A stretch of DNA of 63,472 nucleotides, filler included, from Chiloscyllium plagiosum (taxonomy: Eukaryota), in the NCBI RefSeq assembly GCF_004010195.1. It is 4 parts of one record of this genome, joined end to end, with 100 filler letters (N's around TTAATTAATTAA, not from the genome) between each part and the next. Parts side by side here need not be neighbours in the genome. Positions count along the whole stretch, not along the records: positions 37,153 to 49,402 come from NC_057711.1; positions 49,503 to 63,472 come from NC_057711.1; 2 more parts are not named here. The stretch is one strand, 5' to 3'. This document shows, piece by piece, positions 39,490-50,771 of this stretch. Within the stretch, counting starts at the first letter, position 1. Each line of letters begins with the position of its first letter. The position numbers and the translations under genes are program-made. The notes under the pieces were generated by a model. It did no database searches. It had not been told where the DNA came from and saw only the letters and a program-made list of their open reading frames with translations.

Positions 39490-40056
39490 ACAGAATGTTT
39501 CAGGGAACATCTCTGGGACACATGCACCAAACAACCCCACTGTCCTATGGCCGACCACTTCAAGTTCAACTCCCCCTCCCACTCTGCTAGGAACATACAA
39601 GTCTTGGGCCTCCACCACCACCAAGTCCAAGCCAACCGATGCCTGGAGGAAGAACGCCTCATCTTCCACCTTGGGAGCCCCAACCATATGGCATCAATGT
39701 CGACTTCACCAGTATTCTCATCTCCCCTTCCCCATCTCATCCCAGATCCAACCCTCCAACTCGGCACTACCCTCTTGAACCGTCCTACCTGTCCATCTTC
39801 CTCCCCACCTATCTGCTCCAACCTATCAGCATCACCCCCCCACCTGCATCTGCCTATCGCCTTCCCAGCTATGTTCTCTCCATCCCCAGCCCCACCCCAG
39901 CTCCACCCTCCTATTTATCTCTCAGCTTTGACAAAGGGTAAGTTAGACTCGAAACGTCAGCTCTTTTCTGTCCTTACAGATGCTGCCAGACCTGCTGAGA
40001 TTGTCCAGCATTTCTCTTTTGGTTTCAGATTCCAGCATCCGCAGTAATTTGCTTTT
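39490..40056 (+). mobile_element. Penelope-like element 3' end: GIY-YIG C-terminus plus pLTR
   Basis: ADHF..NSPSH...VLGL...R.LEEERLIFHLG..QPYGINVDF, followed by a pyrimidine-rich UTR, a degenerate core (..GACTC-GAAACGTC) and the GATGCTGCC.GACCTGCTG end shared with the palindromes. Confidence 0.8.
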
Positions 40057-40179
40057 ATCCAACAGGACGAAAGTTATCTACAACATACTATGAAAAGACT
40101 ATGAAAAACATTATATAGAACAAACAAGACAAAAACTGACCATACAAGTGCACAAACATCAGCTCACCACCGCCAGACA

Positions 40180-40345
40180 CAACTAGCACTCCCTCAATTC
40201 TAACCACACAGACAACAAAGGACACAAAGTCAACTAGGAAGATGTAAACATCCTAGCACAAACCAAACAGAGAGAGGCTAGAGGATTCGTTGAAGCCTGA
40301 CAATTCAACCAGAACTCAATTAATAGACACATTGAACAAACCATT
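40180..40345 (+). mobile_element. Second Penelope lineage (Poseidon-like) GIY-YIG C-terminal remnant
   Basis: Decayed H...GH...IL...R.F.EA...NSINRHIE. A minus-strand partner fragment VAHKPVNT...KDP...NIIYKIP lies at about 40690-40795. Confidence 0.6.
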
Positions 40346-41363
40346 CAGATACAGAACTGGAAGTACCAACAGAGATATATAAATTGGAGAAAGTGAAGTC
40401 TGCAGATGCTGGAGATCAGAGTCAAGAAGTGTGGCACTGGAAAAGCAAGTTTGGATGGTGCTGTTGAAGAAGTTTGATGAGCTGAGTTGGTGTGGTTGAG
40501 TAATATTAGAGAAATAAGTACGTGAACTTGCAAAATTGAAATTTGCAGCTTAGTTCAGTGTCAAATACCACAGCAGCAAAAAGAGCAATAATAACTATTC
40601 CTGAATTACAAATGATATGGTGCAACTCAACAGGAGCTTTATCATAAAACCAAAGATTTCCAGATGCTGAAAATCTAAGAACAAAAATCGGGTATCTTGT
40701 AGATAATGTTCGCCCTGTTGGATGTGGGTGATGGGTCTTTAATTTTTGTGAGGAGCTGGTGAAAGGTGTTTACTGGCTTGTGGGCCACAAGGATTCTAAA
40801 ACTCAGGAGATCTGGCAGCCTCTGAGGAGAAAAGGTAGAATTAAAGTTTTGGGTCGAGTGATTCTTCTTCAGAATTGATTGTAGCTCATTGTGCTTCTGA
40901 AGAAGGGTCACTAGACCCAAAACATTAAATCTGCTGTGTTTTTCCAGTCATCTTATCAAGTTCACCCAAGGCTATTTGTCAAAATGGGATCCTGCAGCAT
41001 GTTAAGTCATGAATCAAGTATGGAAGTAAAGTTAGATTGTTGTATGTTCTAAAGCTGACATAGATGTTGGTATGAATGGATGTTGGTATATGCTAATGAT
41101 AACAGTGCAGACCCAAGAGAAGAAACCATATGAAGCTTTGCATGCCTTGTAGCATCCAAAGATGGAACCAGAAAAATGAAAATACCTCAGAGTACCAAGT
41201 TATATGGTCAACCATTTGAAAATAGCAAGGTAATGAGGAAGACAAAGGATGTACAATGATCACTATCACACAAAATAGTGACTTTAGTCTCAATGACATC
41301 AGGAAGAAATGAAAACAGATCCTTTAAGTATTTCTCAAGAAAATCAAAGGGTTTTGAATTTAC

Positions 41364-41397
41364 CTCTGCTGCTTGCTTTTTCAAATCAGGCTTATCC
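41364..41397 (-). CDS. Predicted 34-nt internal exon (R)DKPDLKKQAAE
   Basis: Acceptor TCTTTATGTTTTCCAG and donor GAG|GTAAAT. Phase 2 in, phase 0 out. Confidence 0.6.
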
Positions 41398-42281
41398 CTG
41401 GAAAACATAAAGAATGATTAAATACGATAATGTATTGGGTACAAGATTGAATTAGCAATCCAAATGAGACCAATTTACACCATGGCAGATTAAGAAATTT
41501 AATTCACTTTCAAAAAATAATTGTTTTGCCAGTAAATGTGATAATGAATGGAATGTCATAAAAGCACAGTTGGTTCAATATCTTTCAGAAAGAAACCCTC
41601 CTTTTTGTTTTACCAAGTCTGACCTATGAATTATTTAAATCAACCTGCTCAGAAATATTATGACACATATCTATGGCAGGTCCGATTTAAATTCCAACTT
41701 TGTGGCCCAGAAATAGGGACATTTCCATCTTAAGGTTTCCCAAATCATTCTTTGCCACAATGTTTTCCTTATCTAATTTCTTCATCTATTATGGAAAAAT
41801 TGAAAAGATTTCTTGTCAGATTATTCAACGGCCCAATTACTATATCAAGCAGCTACTGGAAGATAAATGGCAGACCAAATGGAACCTGATTTTTAATCAC
41901 CCATCAATTTTGTTAGATAGATCAAGAAGGTAAGTGCACACCCTATTTGTAACGAATTTCCTTATCACTTGCTTTGTCAGATTATTTTATGGGTTAAATC
42001 TTGCTTCAGTTTATAGCTTTCTTATGGAAATTGAGCTTTGGCATTGGATATTGGAAAAAAACAAGAGATCTGTCAGAGCTCAAATCATGAAAATGAGTTA
42101 GCATATTTTAAATGTAGGAGTACAGTTTGAAAATAGTATATACAATTTGACATTTCTAATCTATACTTTGGTCTACATGGCTTGTATTCTTGTTGTTGAA
42201 CAGTATGACAGTTATAGCTTATACTGCAAACACTATTGAATAGGATCTGTGTTAATACATAGAGGAACAACATTTCCTTAC

Positions 42282-42330
42282 CTAATGTTCAAGTCTGTTT
42301 CCAGGACATCAGCCATCATTTTTTCTAACC
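42282..42330 (-). CDS. Predicted 49-nt exon xLEKMMADVLETDLNI(R)
   Basis: Acceptor TTGTTTATCCTTAAAG and donor TAG|GTAAGG. Phase 2 out joins exon 41364-41397 in frame. Confidence 0.55.
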
Positions 42331-42541
42331 CTTTAAGGATAAACAATTTTATGAAAAAGTTATTTCTATACAATTTATGAGAAGTCTAAGCATATAACAA
42401 ACAATCAGTTAATTGCTTCTCCCTGTTATAACGATATGCCATTCTCATAATCTTACAGTAAAATACACATTTTTTGTCTTGCTTAATAAACACAACTATC
42501 TGTACCTTGGTTAGGTACAGATAGTTCAATCTTTCATATAT

Positions 42542-43279
42542 TGCAGTGATTGGAACCAGGTGGATCTCATTGACTATGAGATCTTTGAGTACGGTTGTTA
42601 ACCAGGTCTAATCAGGAGCCCTGAGCAATAGATAGAAACAGGAGATTTCCCCCCAACTCTATCTTGATTTAGTCCCTACCCTCCCCTTCACTGTTTTTGA
42701 TCACACAGCACTGCCCTTTGATGTGAAGGGCAGTGTTTGTCACTGGCCACCCAGGTGTTTTCCTATCTTCCTGGTGGTGGAAATTGAATAAAGATTCGTG
42801 CACTTTGTGTCTTTCACTGTGTCTCACACCTGCACACACACACACCATGGGTGCTGAGGAAAAAATAAGCACTACCGCACTTAGGTGGTAGTGTAAGGGG
42901 AAAAGAAAAAAAAAACAGGTGAGCTTCCACGGTTACGTTAGAGCCCGGGAAAAAAAAAGAGAAAAATATAACCAGGAGATCACACAGCACTGCCCTCTGA
43001 TGTGAAGGACAGTGTTTGTCACTGGCCACTCGGGTGTTTTCCTATCTTCCTGGTGGTGGAATTTGAATAAAGATTCGTGCACTTTGTGTCTTTCACTGTG
43101 TCTCACATGTATACACACACACACAAAAAAAGAAAAAGAAAAAATAAATAAACAGGAGATTCAGAAGCTCCTCACTTGAAGGACTAACTCTGAGCTGGTT
43201 GGCCACAGCCAGTGTACAGCGCACATGCAACTAAAGGTTGACTTGCTGACATGATACCAGCCTCTATGCAGTTATGTCA
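42542..43279 (+). mobile_element. Short solo-LTR-like element (host copy B), interrupted by stacked retroposon insertions
   Basis: TGCAGTGATTGG...ATGTCA termini flanked by TATAT and CATAT. Homologous to 322-794. Confidence 0.65.
42648..43149 (+). mobile_element. Two (possibly three) stacked poly(A) retroposon 3' ends
   Basis: Units at 42648-42915, about 42920-42968 and 42978-43149, each ending in an A-rich run followed by AACAGG or ACCAGG. Outer TSD AAACAGGAGATT at 42636-42647 and 43150-43161. Confidence 0.8.
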
Positions 43280-43377
43280 CATATTTATTGAATACATTGT
43301 AACTAATGAGATACACAAATTAATTAAGTTTGTTCTTTCACATAACCTACTAAACACTGCAGTGTAAGTCTTCTTTT

Positions 43378-44125
43378 TCATTATTCATTCATGGTACGTG
43401 TGTGTCACTGGCTGGCCAGCATTCATTTCCTGTCCCTAGTTCCCCTTGAGAACATGGTGGTGAGCTATCTTCTCGAATCACTGTAGTCCACCTGCTGTGG
43501 GTTAATCTATAATGCTGTTCGGGAGGAATTTCCAGGACTTTGACCAAGCAACACTGAAAGATAGTAAGTCACTTCAAGGGGAACTTGAAGGTGGTGGTGT
43601 TCCAATGTACACACTGCCCTTGCCCTTCTAGATGGATTTGGAAGGTGCTATTGAAGGATCTTTGGTGAATATCTTGTGGATAATACACACCGCTGCAACT
43701 GAGTGTCAGTGATGGAGAGAATGGATGCTTTTGGACATGGTGCTTCTTTGGACATAGTGCTGCTCAAGAGGGCTGTTTTGTCCTGGAAAGTGTCAAGCTT
43801 CTTGAGTGTTGTCAGGACTGCATCCTACCAGGCAAGTAAAGAGTATTCTATCAGACTTGTACACTGTAGATAATGGACAGACTTTGGGGAGTCAGTCCTA
43901 GCCTCTGACCTGCTCTTGAAGCCACTGTGTTTAAGTGGTGAATCCAGTTAAGTTTCTGGGGGATTCAGTGATGGTAATACCATTGAAGGTCAAGGGGTGG
44001 TGGTAAGATAGTCTCTTACTGGAGATGGTCATTGCCTGGCATTTGTGTGCTGTGAATTTTGCTTGCCACTTAACAGCCCAACCGTAGATTTTGTCCTGAT
44101 CTTATTGCATTTGAACATGGACCAT
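43378..44125 (-). mobile_element. Old CR1/L2-group LINE 3' region (family distinct from the HER1-like copies)
   Basis: Shares GTCCA..TCAAATGCA..AAGA sequence with 26455-26545 (-) and 58170-58690 (+), the latter containing an FADD motif. Confidence 0.55.
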
Positions 44126-44779
44126 CTGCAATCAGGGCAAAATGAAAACCAAGAATACTGGACCCAGTGCTGGCAGGTGGGACTAGATTGGGTTGGATAT
44201 CTAGTCGGCATGGACGAGTTGGACCAAAGGGTCTGTTTCCGTGCTGTACATCTCTATTACTCTATAATTAAGTAACCTTCATACATCTTAACAAATAACC
44301 AAAAAGGAAAAAGAGCAAGAAAACAAACAAAAAAGCCCAAAGAACTACAGATGCTGGAAATCAGAACCAAAAATAGAAATACCTGGAAAAACACAGTAGG
44401 TCGAGCAGCCTCTGTGGACATAAAGCAGAGTCCCATGACTCTTTATCAGAACAGAAAACAGAAAGATCCTTATCATAGAATTATGGAGTAGCTACAATAC
44501 AGAAGGAATCCATGCCTTTTCCCATAGCTCTGCCATTTTTTTGTCTTTGCAGATAATTATCCAATTCATTTTTGAAAATCTAAGTTAAATCTACCTCCTT
44601 CATACTCTCAATCAGTGCATTTCAGATCCTAACTATTTACTGGGCAAAAAACAATTCCTCATGTGACCATCTTTTTTCTTTTGTCAGTGCCCATCGTTTC
44701 ACAGTACTTCCTCCAATGGGAATACTTTCTCCCTGTCTATCCTGTCAGACTCCTCATAGTGCTGAAAATTTGCAAAATC

Positions 44780-47700
44780 TTCAAGGGAAAGGGAATAGGC
44801 AAACAGTGTAGGGACACCCTGTGGCCGTTCCCCTCAATAATAAGTATACCGTTTTGGATACTGTTGGGCGGGGGACTACCAGGGGGACACCACAGCGGCC
44901 AGGTCTCTGGCACAGAAGGGAAGTAGGGAAAGCAGAAGAGTAATAGTCATAGCAAATTCAATCGTGAGAGGACAGTAGATTCTGTGGTCTTGACCGAGAC
45001 ACCCGGATGGCATTCTTCCTCCTCAGTGCCAGGGCTAGGGATGTCTCGGATGGAGTCGACAGGATTCTTAAGGGGGAAGGAGAGCAGCCAGAAGTCATGG
45101 TACATATTGGTACCAATGACATATGTAGGTAAAGAGAGGAGGACCTGAAAAGAGAATATGGGAGTAAGGTTGGAAGCTAGAAGGCAGAACGAGCAGAGTA
45201 GTAATCTCAGGATTACTACTAGTGTCACATGCTAGTGAGGCTAGGAATAGAGAGCGATTGCAGCTGAACACATGGCTGCAGAGCTGATCTAGGAGGGAGG
45301 GCTTTGGATATGTGGATCATTGGAAATCCTTCTGAGGAAGATGGGACCTGTACAAGAAGGACGAGTTGCACCTGAACTGGAGGGGCACCAATATCCTGGG
45401 CGGGAGGTTTGCTAGAGCACTTCAGGAGGATTTAAACTAAATTGGCGGGGGGGGGGGAACCAGAGCTATAGATCAGATGATGGACTAGGTAGTGAACAGC
45501 CAGGTACTATATGTGCAGGCAGTCTGTGAGGAGAGATAAGCACTCGACAGGGGAAACATGCAGTCAGTGTGAAGGGTTTAAGTGTGTCTATTTTAATGCA
45601 GGAAGTATCAGGAATAAGGGTGAGGAACTTACAACATGCATCAATATTTGGAACTATGATGTTGAGGCCATTATGAAAACTTGGATATCACAGGGGCAGG
45701 TATGGTTGTTGGATGTACCAGGGTTTAGATGTTTCAAAAGGAATTGGGGGGAGGAGGTTAAAAGAGATGGGGAGTGGCATTGCTAATCAAGAATAGCAGA
45801 AAGGGAGATGTTGAGGAAGGGTTGTCTAGAGTCAGTATGGGTGGAAGTCAGAAATAGGAAAGGAGCAATCACTTCATTGGGAATTTTCTACAGACCTTCC
45901 CCCAATCCCATCCCCATCCCAATATCAACAGAGACACGCAGGAACAGATTGGGAGAAAAATTTTGGAAAGATGCAGAAGTAAAGGTGTTGTCATGGGTGA
46001 CTTTAACTTTCCTAATATTGATTGGAACCTCCTTAGTGCAAATAGTTTGGATGGTGCAGTTTTTGTCAGGTGTGTCCAGGAAGGGTTCCTGACTCAATAT
46101 GTAAATAGGCCGACTAGAGGGGAGGTCATATTGGATTTGATGCTTGGCAACAAACCAGGTAAGGTTCAAATCTATCGGTGGGACAGCATTTCAGTGATAG
46201 TGATCACAACTCCCTGACCTTTACTGTAGTCATGGAGAGGGATAGGAGGAGATGATATAGGAGAGTATTTAATTGGGGGAGGGGGAATTACAATGCTACT
46301 AGGCAGGAACTGGGGCACCTAGATTAGGAACAGATGTTCTCAGGGAAATGCACAACAGAAATGTGGAGGCTATTTAGAAAGCATTAGCTGATAGTGGGAG
46401 ACAAGTTAGTCCTACTGAGGCAAGGAAGGGATGATCGGTTGAAAGAACCTTGGGTGACAAGGGATGTGGAACATCTAGTCAAGAGGAAGAAGGAAGTTTA
46501 CTTAAAGTTGAGGAAGCAAGGATCAGACAGAGCTTTAGAAGATTATAAGGTAGCCAGGAAGGATCTGAAGACTGGATTTAGGAGAGCCAGAATGGGGCAT
46601 GAAAGAGCTTTAGCGAGTAGGATTAAGGAAAACCCTAAGGCATTCTACGCTATGTGAGGAACAAGAGAATGGCCAAAATGAAGATAGTTTGGTCAGGGAT
46701 AGTGGAGGGAACTTGTGCCTGCAATTGGAGGAGGTAGGAGAAGACCTTAATGCATACTTTGCTTCAGTATTCACTACTGTGAATTCATTTGTGAGGACAG
46801 CATGAAACAGACTGATATGCTGGGACAGCTTGATGTTAAGAAGGAGGATGTGCTGAAAAATTTGAAAAACTTGAGGATAAATTAGTCCCCTGGGCCAGGC
46901 AGGATATGCCCAAGGTTACTACAGGAGGTGAGAGAAGAGATTGCTGCACCTTTGGCGATGATCTTTGCATCCTCACTAGCCACTGGAGTAGTACCAGCTG
47001 ATTGGACAGTAAAGGTTATTCCCTTGTTCAAAGGGATTAGGGATAATCCTGGGAATTACGGACCAGTCAGTCTTACATCTGTGGTATGCGAAGTATTGGA
47101 GAGAATTCTGAGAGAAAAGCTTTATGATTACTTGGAAAACCATTGTTTGATTAGAGATAGTAAGCATGACTTTGTGAGGGCAGATCATGCCTCACAAACC
47201 TTCTTGAATTCTTTGAAGATGCAACAAAACACACTGATGAATGTAGAGCAGTTGATGTGGTGGATGTGGATTTTAGCAAGGCATTTGATAAGGTTCCCCA
47301 TAATAGGCTCATTCAGAATGTAAGGAGGCATGGGATACAGGGAAATTTGTCCCTCTGGATACAGAATTAGCTGGGCCATAGAAGACAGAGGGTGGTGGTA
47401 CATGGAAAGTATATAGCCCAGAGCTTGGTGACCGTTAGTGTTCCGCAGGGATCAGTTCTGGGATCTCTGCCCTTTGTGATTTGTATAAATGATTTTGATG
47501 AAAAAGTGGAAGGGTGGGTTAGTAGGTTTGCTGATGACACGAAGGTTGGTGGAGTTGTGGATAGCATGGAGAGGTGTTGCATTGGGACATTGACAGGACG
47601 TAGAACTGGGCTGAGAAGTGGCAAATGGAGTTCAACCTGGAAAAGTGTGAAGTGATTTATTTTGGAAGCTCAAATTTGAATGCAGAATACAGGGTTGAAG

Positions 47701-48215
47701 GCAGGATTCTTGGCAGTGTCGAGGAACAGACGGATCTTGGGGTCCACGTCCACAGATCTCTCAAAGTTACCACCCAAGTTGATGAGATTGATAAGAAGGC
47801 ATATGGTATGTTGACTTTCATTAGCAGGGGGATTGAGTTTAGGCATGAGGTTATGCTGCAACTCTATGGAGCCCGGGTTAGATCACACATGGAATACTGT
47901 TTTCAGTTTTGGTATCCTCATTATGGGAAAGATATGTAAGCTTTAGAGAGAAGGTGTAGAGATTTACCAGGAGGCCGCCCTGGTCTCAAGGCATGTCTTA
48001 TGAAGAAAGGTTGAGGGAGCGAGGGCTTTTCTCATTAGAATGAAGAAGGATGAGAGGTGACTTGATAGAGGTGTACAAGATGATGTGAGGCATAGGTAGA
48101 GTGGATAGCCAGAGGCGTTTTGCCATGGCAGAAATCTCTATCACGAGGGGCATACTTTTAAGGTGATTGGAGGAAGGTTTATGGGAAATGTCAGAGATAG
48201 GTTCTTTACACAGAG
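44780..48215 (+). mobile_element. Degenerate near-complete CR1-like LINE including the SGNH/GDSL-esterase ORF1 end
   Basis: ORF1 remnants NSIVRG, VMVHIGTND and DELHLN, then KCVYFNAGSI, MGDFNFPNIDW, NPKAFY, PGNYGPVSLTS, VPQGSVLG and FADDTK. Confidence 0.9.
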
Positions 48216-48985
48216 TGTCCTGATGAAGGATTTTAATCATTAACTTGTAAGTATTTCTATAGCCATGGTGTTTTCTTTTAAAACACAGTACTGTATCATA
48301 GAAATATTTCCGAGAATGATGTTTTGTTTATATTGTTTACTAGTGAACAAAGTAAAAAGTACATTGCATCAGGCTTTCAGTTAAGTTTTGGAATTTTTTG
48401 GAGGGTTTAGGGGAAATGCCCATAACTTGAATGAAAAGCATTGAGTTTCATTTCAACAGTTTGTAGAAGTCTTGGCTGAAACTGGGTATGTGAAACAGTT
48501 CTTCCTGAAAAAGGGAGGTAGTTTTAGGATTTTTAAGGAAAAGGTTACCCCTATATAAAGAATTTGTTTAAAATCTCCAGACCAGACGTGTTTAGTTAAA
48601 CGCCTGAAGAGGTTATTTGAAGCTAAGATTGTCTAAACTTAGGTTCTTCCTTAATTTGCCATATAGCTATCAGATTCTAATGAATGGGAATTAAAGCCAA
48701 TTCAATGCCTACGAAGGGTAGAAAAGGAATTCTATCTAGTGTTCGAGTACTGTAATGGGCTGCTATTGGGATTATAATGGGATTGTACTTTAACTGTGTT
48801 TAAAAAGTTTAAATGTGTCTCATATGTAAATAGCTTGGTTTATTCTATTTATCTTTTGTGTAGTAAGCTTTTGCTTTATTATTAAGTCTAAATCTGCAAC
48901 ATTCTGTGTTTGTTTACCAATAAAAGACCACCTCATTAAAACCAAAAGAAGATAGATTGACACCAGTTGGGATTATCATAATGCA
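48216..48985 (+). mobile_element. Possible decayed solo LTR
   Basis: Starts with TG immediately after the CR1 breaks off. AT-rich with TATA- and AATAAA-like motifs. No TSD confirmed. Confidence 0.3.
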
Positions 48986-49169
48986 CAAGATCTCAAAAAC
49001 AGTAATGAAATAAATGATAGGAGTTTAATTCAGATAAATGCAAGGTGCTACATTTTGGGAAAGCAAATCTTAGCAGGACTTATAAACTTAATGGTAAGGT
49101 CCTAGGGAGTGCTGCTGAGGATCAGAGCTCCTTGAAAGTGGAGTCGCAGGTAGGTAGGATAGTGAAGAA

Positions 49170-49402
49170 GGTAAAAACAATGACTGCAGATGCTGGAAAC
49201 CAGATTCTGGATTAGTGGTGCTGGAAGAGCACAGCAGTTCAGGCAGCATCCGAGGAGCAGTAAAATTGACGTTTCGGGCAAAAGCCCTTCATCAGGAATA
49301 CAGGGCTTTTACTGCTCCTCGGATGCTGCCTGAACTGCTGTGCTCTTCCAGCACCACTAATCCAGAATCTGGTTTCCAGCATCTGCAGTCATTGTTTTTA
49401 CC
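49170..49402. mobile_element. Young Penelope-derived palindrome with intact minus-strand hammerhead core
   Basis: Exact arms of about 96 bp at 49170-49265 and 49307-49402. The minus strand reads CTGATGA-AGGGCTTTTGCCC-GAAACGTC at 49296-49269. Confidence 0.85.
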
Positions 49403-49502
49403 NNNNNNNNNNNNNNNNNNNNNNNNNNNNNNNNNNNNNNNNNNNNTTAATTAATTAANNNNNNNNNNNNNNNNNNNNNNNNNNNNNNNNNNNNNNNNNN
49501 NN
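49403..49502. other. Artificial scaffold linker
   Basis: 44 N + TTAATTAATTAA + 44 N. Confidence 0.95.
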
Positions 49503-50771
49503 ATATAAGATAATCAGAGGGTTAGATAGGGTGGACAGGGACAGCCTTTTTCCAAGTATGGTGACGGTGAGCACGAGGGGGCATAGCTTTAAATTGAGGG
49601 GTGATAGATATAGGACAGATGTCAGAGGTAGTTTCTTTACTCAGAGAGTAGTAAGGGTATGGAATGCTTTGCCTGCAACGGTAGTAGATTTGCCAAATTT
49701 AAGTACATTTAAGTTGTCATTGGACAAGCATATGGACGTACATGGAATAGTGTAGGTTAGATGGGCTTCAGATTGGTATGACAGGTTGGCGCAACATCGA
49801 GGGCCGAAGGGCCAGTACTGCGCTGTAACGTTCTATGTTCTATGATACTGATTTTATATATTTTGTGTTACAATAATGACATACAAAGTGGTCACTGTGC
49901 CTTCCCCCTTATTCTATACATCCAATTCTGGGAAACACCTAATCAATGATGGATATTCCTATGGACAGCCTTAGATTCTCCATGATCTCATGATGTTTAC
50001 CAGACATTGTACTAATCAAGCCTTGGGATCTTATAGTGCATCCCATGAATTCACATTCCAAAGTTAATGGCTATAAACCTGCTTATCTCTAAGGACTATT
50101 TGAACTCTGTTATTCATTGGATTCATTGCTATTCCCATCAGAATCTGTTATTCATATTTTCCACTGTCTGTATCACAAGAAGTACAAAGGAAGTTAGTTC
50201 TTACTAACTGCTATAAATATTAGTTCTATAATAAAGTCTGTGATATGTTAAGTTTTATGTCTACCCTACTGTTAACATTTTTCAGTTAATGAGTTGTCAG
50301 CAATTTGCTTCTCACATTCCTTTAATGATGGGGGTGGGGTGTACTTTACTATTAGAGATTCATATTTCTCTGACATTAGTTTTCATATTTCTATTTGAAT
50401 CTTTTCCTCTAATGCTTTTAGTGATTTTTGTATGTATATGTATCTATAAAAATTACACAATCTATGTCTGTGATAATCTGAAGAATCTTTAATGAGAACC
50501 TACTCTTAATATCATGAATAGTTAAAAAAAACTAATTACTGTGAAATGTTCTTATTTGTTGTTTTGTAGCTGCACTATAACTCATGTGAGTCACATACTA
50601 TCTTCTGGGATGAGATTTACTGCCCTTACTCTGACTGAATCTTTTCAACTAATGGAACAACATCTTTCTCATTGGTAAGACTGAAACTCAGTCACTTTCA
50701 CGGCTCAATGAACTTATTTGATCTCCTAGATTTTTACAAGCCATAATCCCACTTTTATCATCTGTGCCTGT

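Noticed and set aside
40616..40650. Plus-strand YGATQQELYHK resembling YGTQQELFIK in the VWD exon
   Set aside because: Very short, on the opposite strand, and with no flanking similarity; treated as chance.
44276..44340. Hydrophobic minus-strand frame as the missing signal-peptide exon
   Set aside because: It is a T-rich low-complexity tract abutting a repeat, with no upstream in-frame ATG found and only a weak donor (GTTACT).
48219..48240. CTGATGAAGG as another hammerhead
   Set aside because: No stem II or GAAA follows.
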